This document shows, piece by piece, positions 1 through 14,420 of a stretch of DNA of 64,000 nt. A program made the position numbers and the translations under genes. The notes beneath the pieces are model-generated. The model was given only the letters and a program-made list of their open reading frames with translations, was not told the DNA's origin and searched no databases. Source of the stretch: Trichinella spiralis (lineage: Eukaryota); the NCBI RefSeq assembly GCF_000181795.1, contig NW_003526943.1:8411472-8475471 (forward strand). Direction: 5' to 3'. Each line of letters starts with the position of its first letter. The stretch's first letter is position 1.

Positions 1-28
1 ATTTTTATTCAGTTATTTGAAATTATAG

Positions 29-3000
29 ATAATGGAATGTTCAGAAAATGAGGACTTGAAATTGCAAGTGAAAATTTTTACAGAAAATCGAGATGCAGAT
101 TTAGATGAACTCTTCCAACGTCATGAGAACTTACGTATCGAGATGGATAGTCCACGCAAATGTTACGAAGCACTGGAACATTCGCTTAGAAATAGTCCAA
201 CTTCATATTATTTTTTGTCCATATTGCAGCATTTGTTGTTCATACGCGACGACGATGTTGAACTGAGGTGGTGACTCAGTGAGCATTTATGCTGGATAAT
301 TTTTAATTTCAGTTGTCGATTAATTTAGAACATCATACTACAAATTGTTGGATGATGTGATATCATCAGTTGTGTTGCACAAAAGTGGATACGAAGTGGA
401 CGCCCACAATCAGAAACGGTTGGCGCTCAATATTGAAGATCTTCTTGGTAAATAAATATTTCACACACATACTGTGCAAATAATATTGTGCAAATGGCTT
501 GTATTGTAGAAAAAGTAACGGAACATCAAAAACACGATCTGGACAGTATCGGTAGTTCATCTGATCGTCTGGCTTCAGAAGATATGAAGGTGAAATTCGA
601 AGCTGTTGTGACAGAAAATCAAGAATTGGAAGCAAAATTGACTCAACTGGCTTCAAAAATTGAAGAATACAAAAACGAGACATTCGTTTTAAGGCAACAC
701 GTGAGTATTTGCATATTGTTTATTTATTTGTTTATTATTTATTTCAAAATGAGCAAAGAGAAGCCTTTTAGATTGAAGGGAAAACGTCGGGTCCACTGCC
801 TGCCCAAACGAAACCGTTATCGCCATCCACTACTCAGTTTCTAAGCAGAAGTGATTCGATGAAAAGTCTGCGAAGCATACTTTCCGCCAAATCAGGTAAA
901 AATGAATATCTTTGTACAATCGTACGTAATTGATATAAAAGGGTTGTATTACAATTTGTTCATGCATCTTCTACGATGTTATTTAGCGAATGAAGTGACA
1001 AATGATTCGGGTATTCCTCCGCCGCCACCGTTACCTGGTTCAACGATACCCCCACCACCTCCTCCCCCTCCACCACCACCTATGCCGAATGGATTTTCTG
1101 CAGCTATTCCTCCACCGCCACCGTTTCCTGTCCCCAACGCACCTACGGCACCACCTCCGCCGTTATTTTTTGGAAAAAAGGCCGCCGCCCCAGTAGCTGC
1201 TAAAACGTTGCCATTGTTTTTGAAAGAGAAAAAACCCTACAGAACAGAAGGAACTTTGCGAAAAATTAACTGGAAAGCGGTTGGCAGTTGTTAATTTTTA
1301 AAATTTCATATTTCATACTTTTTCAAAATTGAAATTTATTCATTTTTACAGGTCGATCCGAGCCAAATGATTGAATCATCATTCTGGGCTAAGGCAGAAG
1401 AAGAGCGTTTTAAATCAAAAACGTTTTTTCATCATTTGGAAGAGCATTTTTCTACAGCTAGCACAGGTTTTTGAAAATTTTTGCGTTATATATTTTCTAT
1501 ATTGTATTTTGTATATTCCAGCTAACGGGAATTTAACCAGTTTTCAAAAGAAAACTATTAAAAAAGTGAAAGAAGCGAAAGTTTTACCTCCGAATGCTGT
1601 GAAAACGCTGGGTAAGTTGAACTGATAATTGAAAAAGAGAAATTCATCTTTAATGTATATTATTTTTACCGTATTTATTGTAAAAGCAATGGAGAGTTGT
1701 AATAAATTAATAATTTGAAAGGTACGATTATTGTAGTTGTTTGAACAACTATTTTATTAGATACTGCTTAACAGTCTTCGTAGATATGCGATGGCTGTTA
1801 GAAATACAAGTAAGAATTAATTTCGAAATAAACTAAATTCAAATGAAATTTGTTACATTATTTTTAATTTTTTTAATTAAGAAAATTGTATTGCATGCGT
1901 TCGAGAATTTCAAACGTTATGCTAATCAAGAAGTGCTCATCATAAATTGCCATTTGTAGAAATAATTCATGGATCAACGAAAATGTCGGCCGCGGAATTT
2001 CGTGATGCATTGCTTGAGTTGGACGAAAGTAAGCTGACAGAAAATATACTTGAACGGTTCTGGAAAATATTTTCCGAACCTGAACTTGTATCCAATTTGA
2101 AATCAATACAAGGAGAATTCAACGATTTGGCAGGGGTTGAGCAGTTCGCTATTACGGTATATTAGCTTGAAGAAAAGTTTTTTGTTTTAATTTACATGGA
2201 AATTGAATTTATTTGTTGTTTTAATGATAATTTTAGCTGACATCGATTCGGGCTTTGTCCGTTCGTTTGCAGTGCATGTGTTTTAAGAAAAAATTTTCTG
2301 AATTAATTGCAGATATAAAGCCAGTATGTCAATTTGCAATTTCATTTTTTCATACAATTTTATACATTAATTTATTTATTTGTATTGCTCCTGTTTTGCA
2401 GAGTATAGTTGCGGTGACTGCTGCGTGCGATGAAATTAAAACCAGCAAAGGTTTTGGACTATTTCTAGAATATGTACTTTTGGCAGGAAATTATATGAAT
2501 TCATGTGGGAAAAACACTCTTGCTTACGGGTTTCTGTTCTCTATTTTATCTAAGGTAATGTTTTTATTTTAAAATTCATCGAAATTTATGCTAATTTTTT
2601 ATTATAATGGTTAATATTTTTTAAAAAAAGATCATTACCCCTATAACATGCTAATGCTTCGTTACTCTACTTCAGCTACGCGAAGTGAAGTCAATACGTC
2701 AGGACGTAACGCTCATGCATGTGTTATATGAAATATTTTCGAAAAGTTTCCCAGAATATGCAAAATTTACTGATGATTTTATTCATCTCAACAAAGCGGC
2801 AGAAGTGAAAACTGAAATTGTTCAACAAGGAATTAATCAAATGAAAAACAATATCACAGTGGTAAGAATGGTTTGTTTGGTTTTCCCTCCCTTTTTTTAA
2901 TTGCAATTGTGCTATTTAAATTTTGTAATCAAATTTGCTTTAGCTTGAAAACAGTTTGAAAAATTACAATCGCCAGGCTGAGAATGATAATTACGTAGAA

Positions 3001-3952
3001 GTGATGAGTTCATTTTTGACCGTAGCCCGGGAACAGTTTCAACTGTTGGAAACGATGCACAAAAAGATGCAAGACGTTTGCAGATCTTTGTTGAAATATT
3101 TCTCCTTTGACTCGAAAACGTATCCAGTTGATCAGTGCTTGGCTGATTTGCGTGATTTCAAAGTTGCTTATGAGGTGAATTTATGCTAATTTCTAAGCAA
3201 GATGATGCATGTACACGTAATGGGATGTAATTTAGAAAACGGCAAAAGAGATTGCTTTTGCGAAAGAAAAAGAAAATCGTATTCGTCTTGCCGAAGAAGC
3301 GCGTGCGTTGAAAGAGAAAGAAATGCAAGAACGTAAACAGCAGAAAATGAAGCTGATTGAAATGACTCGGGGTATTGTTGTTTATTTGTTTGTTTGTTTG
3401 GAGTGCAATAATTTCTTTTTCTTTGTTGAATTTAATTCTAATAATTTGCACGTTTAGGCGATCAAGAAGGAGTGATGGACAGTTTACTCGAAGCTTTGAG
3501 TAGTGGCAAAGCGTTTCCGCAGAGAGCGAAAACTCCGGCAAGAGAGAAAAGTCGAATGCGTATGTTGTTGTCTTCATAGATTAATTAATAACTTTATGCA
3601 TTTGAAAAAATTAATATGATGCTTTACTTTTTGCACATTGATTTGTTTGTATTTTTAATGATAAATAAGTTTAAAAAATTTGAATTTTTCAGGACGACGT
3701 AATTCTCAATTCAATCACGTCACAATAGTGAATGTTTCTGGTGATACAGTATCTTCTGATCGTGAAAGAACACCGAAGATGAATTCTAATGATGCGCCCA
3801 AAATGCGAATACGTCGAAAAGGAAAAAAGACTGTTGATCCTCTGTCAGATGGGCAAAAATTTAACGCATCCAATGGTCATAACAGTGAAGTTCATTACCA
3901 GGATGCATCTGACTTGGAAGATTTGTTGAGAAGACTGAAATGTGATTTTTAA
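29..3952 (+). CDS. Diaphanous-related formin (5'-partial, multi-exon): FH3/DID end, FH1, FH2, DAD
   Basis: Exon translations give FLSILQHLLFIRDD (FH3), a poly-proline FH1 (~987-1200), the FH2 motifs LRKINWK, LEYVLLAGNYMN, AYGF and TLMH, and the DAD motif GVMDSLLEALSSGKAF (~3470-3520). Introns are GT-AG and the stop is at 3950-3952. Confidence 0.93.
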
Positions 3953-4657
3953 ATGAACTATTATTCTTCTTCTCATTGGAAACGATATTTTCTTTCTTTT
4001 TCAAGGAGAGATTTTGTTTATAACTTTTAAATAATATAAGCTATTTCTGGTTTGTAAAAATAAAACTTCATTACAATTTTTTGATTATAATTTTTTTGGT
4101 TTTAATATCAGCGATGATGTGCATTTTTTTACAATGGTTGCAGTGTAACAACGACTAGATAACTGCTTTCATTATTAAATGCATAGTTCACAGCAGTTGT
4201 AATTGTAATATTTATTGGTGTGCAAAAGTTAGCTAAATTACAGACTTATTGCATTCATTATGAAAGTAACAGAATAAAAAGAAAAAGATAATTTTTTCAT
4301 TCAAGAAACACAGTAAATTTAAAACAGTTAATGTAATTGTTAAACGTTGATAAAATTGATGTAACAAAGTCTAGGAATAAAAATGTAAAAGTTGACATAC
4401 ACAAGAAATGATTTGCTGTGATGCAGTAAAAAAGTCAAAGCAAGTTAAAGAATATCTATCTTTTTTCAATTTGTACTGCTTATTGTAGAATGCTTTTTGA
4501 AACAAAGAAAGATAATAAAATTGCATCACCACATACGCAAAGCAACTACCCGTTATTTTTTACAGCTATTTTGTTGTACTTGTACACATTTTTGTACTTG
4601 AATGTAGCTTACTGTAATTTTGGAAAAATTCAATAAATCCTGATAAAATTGCTTAAA

Positions 4658-6425
4658 ATGCATTTAATCCGATGGAAGTTTGTTCAAAGAAGGCATTTGA
4701 AAATATTAATAATTTTGAATGTTATATTATTGGTATTAATTTCGAATTGTTACTTTAATAAAATATATTTTTCGGAAAGAACGTATGAATCCACTTACCA
4801 GCTACTGATACAAAATCACATCGAGCTTTACGAAAAGATTCAACAAAAAGACAAGTTTAAAAATTTAAATTTAGAAAACACTTGCGTCGGATATTGCTAT
4901 CTGAATCCGACGAAACGATGGTGCTGGAAGCTGCCTTCTTTCCCAGTTTGGATTCTTTCTCAGATGAATCACTTCAACTGGCAATCAGTGAACAGTCTTC
5001 ATGTTGGACTTTTTCTTCTCAATGCTTATCTGGACAGTCGACTGCGTTCAGAGAATATCAAAGCAGTGGTACAAATTTTAGCAATGGGCGAAAATGATGT
5101 AAGATCCACTCCGTTCTGTTTTCTGTGGATGTCCGTTAATGATACTTATCCCATAGTTGTGAGAGCTCGGGTAATGCAAATCTGGCAGAAAGCTTGGGAT
5201 CCTAGACCGAATTTTTACTTTCCCTATTTGATCAGTTGTCCTTTGGAAAATGGAAAAGTTTTCCCCAAATACGTGACCATTGAAAATGCTCAGTGTCCAC
5301 ATGGATATTCCAACCTTCTTCCAGTCGTGCTGCCAGCTTCGGTAGACCCAAAGCGGCATACTGTTGTTTGTGTCAAAGGTCTCGACTACAGTGACGACCG
5401 TTCGGCGAGACTAATAGAATGGATTGAAGCGAATTTGCTTCTCGGTGCTGACAAACTAGCAGTTTACACTTACAACGTGCATCCAAATATGGAAAAAGTT
5501 TTGCACTATTATCAGAATAAAGGCTATGTGTTACATGTGTCGTCCAGTTTGCCAGGTGAGCATGGAGTGATTTTACGGTTTTTCTTTTCAGAAAAGTAAG
5601 TTTGTTTAAAACGGTTCGAAATTGACTTATTTTAAGAATTCAATTTTGAAATATTTCATAAATTTGTAACTTTATAGTAGAAGCACCAAGTTTTCGAAAT
5701 TGCAATTATTGAAATATAATTTGTTTGATTTTTTTTCAATTTATCACACTTTTCATTTTACTATTTTTCAAGGTAATCAACCACATTCCGCTTGGCAGAG
5801 AAGTCGGTTTATTGCTCTGAATTCGCAACAGAAGCGACGAAATGAAATTCTGCTTTACAACGACTGCTTGTATCGACACCTGAATTCGCACATTTACGTC
5901 TTGCCGATCGACTTGGACGAACTGTTGGTGCCAATTGGTGGTTATCGTAATTGGGATGAAATTGTAAAATTCACCACTTTTAAACTTCACAAAACTGAAT
6001 CCAACCTCAGCGCACTGTGCGCGCGTAATGCTTTCTATTTTGACCAATTGTCGTCTGGGCGTGGAAATTTGCATATATCCGTCCCAAGAAGAATGCACAT
6101 GCTCAGGCATCGATTTCGGTCCAGTCAAATCAGCAATGCCGGCTATTACAGTAAATGCTTCATGCGTGTCGACAATGTCGAGACGGCGTTCAACCATTTC
6201 CCATTCCACAAAATCCGAACTGCACTGGAGCCGACGTTGTTCTTTGCGGCTGAAGTGGCGTTGAAAAATCACTACAAAGATGCTTGTCCGAAAGAGTTGA
6301 CCGATGACAAGTGCGATAAATTGATGAACGATTCGATCATGGATTACAATTTAGCCGCTTTCCAACAGCAACTTGTACATCGTTTTAGAAAAGTTTGTGC
6401 TGAACTGCAATTTCCAACTGATTAA
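4658..6425 (+). CDS. Glycosyltransferase family 92 (DUF23) type II membrane protein; two exons (~4658-5556, ~5773-6425)
   Basis: N-terminal hydrophobic anchor (ILIILNVILLVLI). Motifs LLNAYLDSR, VCVKGLDY..RLIEWIE..LLGADK, YNDCLYRH and a DxD (IDLDELLVP), then SKCF and NHF, are typical of GT92. Confidence 0.85.
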
Positions 6426-6771
6426 TCAAACATCTTCCTCTTTCTTTATCCTATACACTTTGACAATTCTGTGTGAAAACGGGTTTCTATTTCTTACGTT
6501 AATAATTAAGCTTTTTGATCGCGGGTAAAATCTATTCACTAACACTTGCTAAAGTTATAGGCGTAGGCTAATAATAAATACTACTGTTCGAAAATTAATT
6601 TTCTGTGCTAAGCCAAAAATGAACTTCTTTTTAAAATCAAGACAATTTTATTACGCTACATAATGATATAAATGAGTATATGTGCAAAAATAAGCAGAAA
6701 ACCGCAAACAAATGTTTCGCATTTCGCTTTTCACAACAAGAACAATATGGCAGGGCAGTGGGTGAAGTGAA

Positions 6772-8336
6772 CTACGACAGTTTCACCTTTTCCTGGAAAT
6801 CAAACTCGGAAGCAGTTGACGCATTTTCATCGTCTTTAAGTTTCTCCTCTTCGTTATCTTCATCATCACTACGTACGTCATCTGTCTGCAAATAAAAAAT
6901 ACAACTTATACTATCCCACCCGAAATTAAAAAAGAATTGTATATATGTATATGTATATGTATATACCTCTCCACTACGCACAGCATTTAGAGCTATACGA
7001 ATTATCAGCGTTGTCCAAAACAACTGCAACACAAACAATACCAACAACAAACTGTTGAAAATGTAATAGGCAGGAAAAAATACTATAATAGCCGGGGCCT
7101 CGAGAAGGGTTGAATACAGTATCCTAAAACAGTTCACTATTTGCAGAATCGCTTGTAAAAAAAGCTTATACTTGAAAGGATAGATTCCACATCGAGTCAC
7201 ACACCACACCGCCGTAAATATCACAAACAATACATTGCATAATCGATTTTTCTTGCAATAGCGTGCCATTTTAGCAGTCTGAAATACTTGATTATATGTA
7301 TCTTCATAATTTCTATGAACTACTACTCACTTCCATCCAAAAATCTGCCGCATCGTGAATAACCAACACCAAAGTTCCTATTCGAACAAAATTGTCTGCC
7401 CAAGAAAACGACAACAACAATATTGTTGTAATGTGATGGATAAAATTAACCCAAAAATCCTGAAAATCAACAAATATTGTCAAATAATAAAAACTTATAC
7501 TGATTGAAAAAAGCTGTACTTTTCGAACTACGTCCACAAACTGAGAAAACATAAGTGCCCAGTAAAAACTCAGTTCAATCAAATAATACCACCTGATTTC
7601 AGGATCGACAGGCTAAAAAAAACAAGTTTAAAGAACTTAATAAAGAAAAATAAATTGTTCATCAATTACCTGGTAAGGATAACCGTACCAGCAGTGAGTT
7701 GTATCCCAAAACCATGGTTTCTAAAAATTACAATCCTTAAATGTCAGAAAAATTTCAACTTTAACCTTACATCCCACAATGCACAGAGACCATAAAGAAA
7801 TATTCCCTCATAAAAAACAGCTCTCCAGCTGAAAGAATAAATATTAAAGTTGATCGACTACAGCATAGAACACAAAAACTTACCAAACTTCAGCAAACTT
7901 ATCCAAAACTGTTTTGTGATGAATCAGGCGGATGATTGGATCCGGTGTTTCAGACTCATTCGCATCGCAATAAATGTGACCACTTGCCATGTGCACGAAT
8001 GCTCGAAATCTGTGAACTATGCATTGAAACAAATGCGGTAACTGACTTCCAGAATCCTCGAGACCACAAAAGCGACCCAATGGTCTCGCAATAAGCCTAA
8101 AACAAATAGATGAAAAACAAATCAAAAATAATTTCGCAAATTTTCTACCATTCAAACAATGCTCGAACCAGTATTATTATAAATGAATAATAAATTGGAA
8201 GAACAAGATCAGAGAACTCTGGAAAACCAGGGCAGCTCAGCTTCACCGAATCCCAATCATTTCCCGGCGGCAGCCAGATGTCAGGACTCCAAAAAATATC
8301 ACTAATGCGTTTAAAACAACGTCGAAGGAGATCCAT
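6772..8336 (-). CDS. Ceramide synthase (LAG1/LASS, TLC domain), no recognisable homeodomain; multi-exon
   Basis: N-terminus FWSPDIWLPPGNDW, then KPWFWDTTHCWYGYPYQ, the Lag1 motif RKDFWVNFIHHITTILLLSFSW..FVRIGTLVLVIHDAAD and an acidic tail DVRSDDED. A probable 5'-UTR intron has its acceptor at ~8360 and donor at ~9069. Confidence 0.93.
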
Positions 8337-10573
8337 GACAACTTTATGACTTTATAATCCTGAAAAATATAATTACAATCACAATAAATATTATCAAAAA
8401 CAAAAACAATTTCAACAGAATGAACGTTGTAAACAAACATGACCCATATTTCTTACATAATCTTGATTACTATAAAAAATACAGTATCCTACAGCGGCTC
8501 AATGAAACTAAACAAAAAGAATACAAATTTAAAATATAGAAAAGAAAGCTCATTAGCTTCATTGCATGACTAGGTACAAAAGCATCTTATCATGCAAGCG
8601 TCAACTTTTTCAAAAAAAACATGGAACACCTAGAATGGAACATCTCCATCACATTTAAAATAATCTTTAAATTACTGAAATCGCAAAATAATATTCTATG
8701 CATTAGCTGCATTCAGCAATATTTCAACGCAAACCCATGCTAAAACACATTATACGCATTAGAATTGTGATTCATGATAATATTGTGAGTTTAATAAATA
8801 GTTTGTATTTAGAATAAAATGCAAAACGTAGTCATTTAGCACGTCACTAATATACGGATGAAAAATTAAAATTAAAAAATCAAAAGCAAACAATCGATTA
8901 CACATATATAAGGTTTCACTGCAGATGAAAACCATCTAAAATTACACTTTAAAATGAAAATTTATATATTTGTAAAGCTTTAACAAAAGAATTTACATTC
9001 TAAAAGAAAAAGCAATAAAATCTAGAATTCAGTTTTTGAAATTTCAAAAATACAAATGATAAAACTTACCTATTAAAAATCAGATTGAGCGGCACGGTGA
9101 AAACTGAGCAGAAATAACTATAAATCTAGTAATAATAATTAGTAAATAAAAGTATTATAATTTCGTGTACAGTCGTACTAAATATATTAAAATAACTTTA
9201 CGCTATTACTGCCAGATTTATTTAGATACTTTTCTACAAAGAACTATTAATAATATTAAAAAAGTATTCAAAACAGACAGTACAGTACAAAACAAATTCA
9301 AACTCAACAGTAGAAGACAGACATTATTACTAACAACACTGTAATATCAATTGCATTTTGAATATCTTTATGTCAAAAAAATCTTCAAATAAAAATGTGG
9401 TGCAAAATGGAATATAATATATATGAAAAAATTAATAATTAAACAAAAAATGAAAAAAACAAATAAAAAAAACAAAGAACAACATAATGATAATTAATAT
9501 GCCTTGATAGAATGACAATTAATCTGCTAGGTCATCAATTAGGTCAGTATAAATACATAAAAACAAAAAGGCTCATTATTCGAAAATACAATTATTATTA
9601 CTTAGTTAAAGTTATAGAAATAAAAATAACAAAACATAATACATTATTATGAAAAGAAATGACTACTTACAGGCAGACAATAAAAACGAATAACTTAACG
9701 GTAAAAACAAATAACAGTAAGATGCGTGCATTGCAATAAGCGCGAATATATGACCTATATAAACTTCAGTAATATATATCATTAACATTACATTTATTTT
9801 ATAAAATGAACGATTATATAGTTTTCGTTACAACATAATTTTTCTCTGAAACGAATTTTCTACGAAATATAGTATTACTGTAATTTCACTTTTAATTGAA
9901 ATAAAAATGTTTATCAAAAATGAACTTTAAAAATTTTTTATCTGTCATAAAAAATATAATTATTAAGTTATAAAGATGAACAGTGCAATGTAACCAATTT
10001 TTATTTAAAAAGTTGATTACTGTTTCAAAATACAGTACGTTGAAAATTGAATGATGTTGAATTATCATCTGTATAATATCACATTGCAGCTCAAGTATAA
10101 ATAAAGTGTATTTTAAATAAAATTTTCTTGTTTTACTGAAAAATAATTTTTTATTTCATCATTTTCAAAGTGAGATTGAAAATAAAGTTAGAGATCAACA
10201 TGCATATTGGACATAAAATATAAATATTTGCATAAGTGATATTATAAACCATATTCAGGTAAATTATAATGATTTTTTCATGTTTTTATACAATTTATTT
10301 TGGAAGTATTTTATTTAACAAGATTTTGCAGTTTAACAGGAATAACGAAAAATTCTTTTTGATTTTGTTAAATTATAAAATAAATTTTCATAAATAAATT
10401 TGTAAATAGTCAATGTTTAGCAAACTTTAATTTTTAAAGTTATTTACCGTTTTACAAAATTCTTAACTGAAACATAAACTTTTGATAGTCAGGTTCTGAT
10501 ATTATGTAGAATATTGTTGTCATACTTTCCTGCATTTTCGTATCGGTTCATTTAGCGTTGACAGAATCTAGGA

Positions 10574-11725
10574 ATGGCTAACTCGTCTGGAAGGTAATAC
10601 TTTTTGTTTTTTTTGCATTCCGCATGTAAATTACAGTTCAACATTCGATAGAACATAAAATTTTTGCCATGTTGGCAACAGTAATTTGTAGACAGTTTTG
10701 GTTTATTTTGTTCACAGTATATAGTGACCGTTTATTCTGAGACTGTGAATGTTAGCATCTGTAGGCCATTTTATAAACCTTCTGTTATTTTGCTTCTTCA
10801 TGTGTTTTCTAGGACCTTCTAATTGTCTTCTGAATTTAAGATTTTTTCTTCTCAAGCTTTCCTCTCAATTTACTTTGAACAAGTAGTTCCGTTTAAATAA
10901 ACTTTTTTCTTATTTGGAATTTTTTATGATTAACATTTTTGTTTGCCTTAATCTTTTCTATAATGTAATATGCATTTCAGCAGAGACGTTCAAGCAACTG
11001 TGTTATGGGCACAACGCAAAAATTATATCTTTCTCACTGTTTGCGTCGAAGATTGTAAAGATCCAAAAGTTGATATTACCGAAGATAAATTTACTTTTCG
11101 GTATTATTTTTTTCTTAATCATATTAATCGTTTCATTTCTTAATGTATTTTTAGTGGTATTGGAGGAACTGATAAAACGCCACACCACTGCGAAATAGAA
11201 TTTTACGAAAAAGTAGATCCTAGTGTAAGTTAAAGTGCATATGCTTCACGTGAAAGTTTTATGTCGTTATCAATTATTATTTTAGAGCGTTCGTCGCATC
11301 ATTTCGGACCGTCAGTTGGAATTTGTCATCAATAAACTTAACACTGATGGTGCCTTCTGGCCTAGACTTATGAAAAATCAAGGAAGACACTGGTGGTGTA
11401 AAGTGGATTTCAATAAATGGAGAGATGAGGATGATGTATCTTTAGATGGTGATGCGAACCAAGACTTTGACTTCAGCAAATATGCGGTATGTTTTACACT
11501 TTATTTGGAAAACTTTTTGTAGTTGTCTTAATATTCTGTTGATTTAGGAAACAATGCACGATGACAAAGTGAATGCAGAGTTTGGGGTTTGTGATTGCAC
11601 AAAAATATTTTTTAAATAATTTAATAAATGTTATTTATTAATTGTAGAAATTTAGCGACAGCGATGATGAAGAATTGCCAGAATTGGGAACTGATGATGC
11701 AACATCAATAGAAAGTCACAGTTGA
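10574..11725 (+). CDS. PTGES3: Hsp90 co-chaperone p23 / prostaglandin E synthase 3 (CS domain); about six exons
   Basis: Manually spliced product reads MANSSGS|RDVQATVLWAQRKNYIFLTVCVED...WPRLMK..WCKVDFNKWRDEDD, with an acidic tail SDSDDEELPEL. Most of this is missed by the ORF track. Confidence 0.9.
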
Positions 11726-11926
11726 ACACTTATTAGTTAGTATCGGTGACTAATAGTAATCAGTGACTAATACTAACAATCGTATATATTTTTTTGAAAT
11801 AAAATGGTTTCTGATTTCTTGTTTATTTGTGTAGTTCGCTTTGTTAGCGTTGCAAAATTTACATTTCAGAATTGCTTTTCAGTTAATTTAACTTTATACA
11901 TGATCCGAAGTCTATTCATAGACTTG

Positions 11927-13525
11927 ATGATGTTGAATAAATTGTTGAATGAAGCTAGATTGTCAGTTTGTCGAATGTCCAGGTACGTCGGACAGCCGTC
12001 ACCTGTTTCACATCCGCAGTTGATCGGTGTCGGTTGTGTGACACCGGGCATCTTGAAAACTGAATATGCGGAAAGACGAGCGAAATTTTGGTCTTCAGTT
12101 TGGAAGCATGCACAGGCTAACAACACCAACATGAACAGTTGCGTTGTTTTGATACCTGCGGCTTCTGTGCGTTTCTGCGCACCGGATGTCCCTCATGTTT
12201 TCAGACAAGAGTCGAATTTTTTCTACCTGTGCGGCTTTCAAGAGCCGGACAGTTTGTTGCTGTTGTATGGTAAGTCAGAAGAAGCACATCGTTCAGTGCT
12301 GTTTGTTCAAGAACGCAGTCCGCACAAGGAACTTTGGGAAGGAACGCTGGCTGGCTGTGACGGCGCCAAATGGCTTACCGATGTCGACTGGGCTACTGTG
12401 CACGGCGATTTCACAAAGTTTTTTGAAGAATACCTTTTAGCAAACGGCCAAGCAAGATCTACAATGATGTATTCGGTGGTCAGCGATCTTAGTGCAGCCA
12501 ATCCGTGTTATAAAAAAGCATTGGAAATTGCGAAAAACTTGGCAATTTATGGTGAATCTGCTTTGGAATTGATACATCGCTTACGGTGGATCAAATCGTC
12601 GGCTGAGGTGGAGCTCATGCGTAAAGCATGCTCTATTGGATCCGAAGCACTGGCGGAGACGATGCGCTATACTCGTCATTGTAGAAATGAGAACGTTTTA
12701 GTTGCAAAAATGGACCTGGAATTGCGACTACGTGGTGCCAAACAGCTAGCTTATCCACCTGTGGTAGCGGGAGGACCTAGAGCGAATATTATTCACTATT
12801 TGGATGCAAATCAGGTGCACAATTTTACACACCCATTTTAAGATAACATGAATTAGCCGTTTACAGTAGCATAATGACAACACTAACAGCAGTAAAAACA
12901 GTTGTGTGAGATTTACTTCATTATATTCACTTTTACATGAATTTTTTTTCCTGAATAGATAATAGAAGAGAATGATTTGATATTAATGGATGTTGGATGT
13001 GAAGTTGGTGGTTACGTGTCAGACATTACACGCACTTGGCCAGTGTCAGGAGTTTTTTCAAAACCGCAGTCAATTTTGTATGATCTGCTTTACGATTGTC
13101 AGTGTAAAATAATCGACGGTATTGCGCAGCGTCGTCTGGTCACTCTTCGTGAAGCTTACTTGGAAATGATGTCACTTCTCAGTACTGAACTGCAAAATGC
13201 GGGACTGCTGTCCGACAAGCTCACTGCGCAGCAGGCGTTCAACGCGGTGGATCAAATTTGCCCCCACCATGTTGGTCATTATCTGGGCTTGGATGTTCAC
13301 GATACCCATACTGTACCGAAGGACATTCCATTCCAAACGGGTGTGGTGATTACAGTCGAACCAGGTTTGTACTTTCCATCAGATTGTGTCGATGTGCCAG
13401 AGGAATTTCGTGGAATTGGCATGCGCATCGAAGATGACGTGCTTGTAACAAGTGCAGGGGTGGAAGTGTTGACTGATCGATGTGCAAAGTCGAAAAGTGA
13501 TTTGCAGGCTTGGTTGAACATTTGA
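11927..13525 (+). CDS. XPNPEP3: Xaa-Pro aminopeptidase 3 / Icp55 (M24B, mitochondrial); two exons, intron ~12815-12958; start could be 11900
   Basis: GQPSPVSHPQLI..VTPGI..EYAERR, FRQESNFFYLCGFQEPDS, LRWIKS, ILMDVGCE..GYVSDITRTWP, PHHVGHYLGLDVHD, TVEPGLY, GMRIEDDV. Confidence 0.93.
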
Positions 13526-13920
13526 ACGTCGAGCGTAAGTTGCTTTTTATCGCTCTTATTAGTGGAAATTCGCTTTTCAAATTGTTGTTACAATAATAAT
13601 AAATTTGTTTCAGTTGTTTCAACTGATTTTGTTTATTTAATTCAGCAATAAATCAAGTTAAATCATATTTAGCTGAAATTGAATTTACATACAAGATTTC
13701 ATCGATAACATTGATAAGATTATATAGTTCAGTTTAAATAAATGATAATTTTTATGGGCAGCAAATGAAATGCAAATGAAGCAAAACATTTGCCGCAATA
13801 TATAAGCGTGTAATATTAAACAATTTAAACATTCACAACGGCGCTGTGGTGGATGTTTAAAATAATGTTTTTAAACTAAAGATTTGTTTAATTTTAATTG
13901 ATCATTTTCTTATTGAAAGC

Positions 13921-14420
13921 ATGAGGTTGAGAGTTATGAATGAAAATATGCATAGAACGGAGAAGAATAAAAAGCCGCTCTGTTCTTATTGCAAAAAATC
14001 AATTGAAAACAATGAAGCGGGGTTTGCTTTCGATCGAATTTATCACTGCGATCACATCATTTGCAGCAGTTGTAAGATGCATTTAAATGGAGGTGAAATG
14101 TGCGAGCTGCAAGATGGAAAAATACTTTGTCTGAACTGTGACAAAAAATTAAAATGCGAAGGTTATATTATTTGTTTTATACAAAAAAGCAATTTGATAA
14201 ATTATCATATTTATGGTTTATGAAAATTTTATTCGTTTCAGCTTGCGAACTTCCACTGGATTTGCGCACGGTATATGCGATGGGCAAACGGTGGCACCAA
14301 GAATGTTTCACATGTTCAGTTTGTGATGAGCCATTTTTGAATTGGCAGTATTTAATTTATAATCAAAAACCATACTGCGTCAGGCATTACCCGTACAGAG
14401 CTGCGTCACCGAAAAACTAA
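13921..14420 (+). CDS. Small two-LIM-domain protein; intron ~14162-14241
   Basis: Two LIM patterns: CSYC..YHCDHIICSSC..LCLNC and CEAC..WHQECFTCSVC..PYCVRHY. Confidence 0.8.

Noticed and set aside
1761..1809. AG/GT-bounded segment inside a formin intron that could be an extra exon
   Set aside because: It introduces a stop or a phase mismatch, and the direct 1611 to ~1959 splice keeps the FH2 frame.
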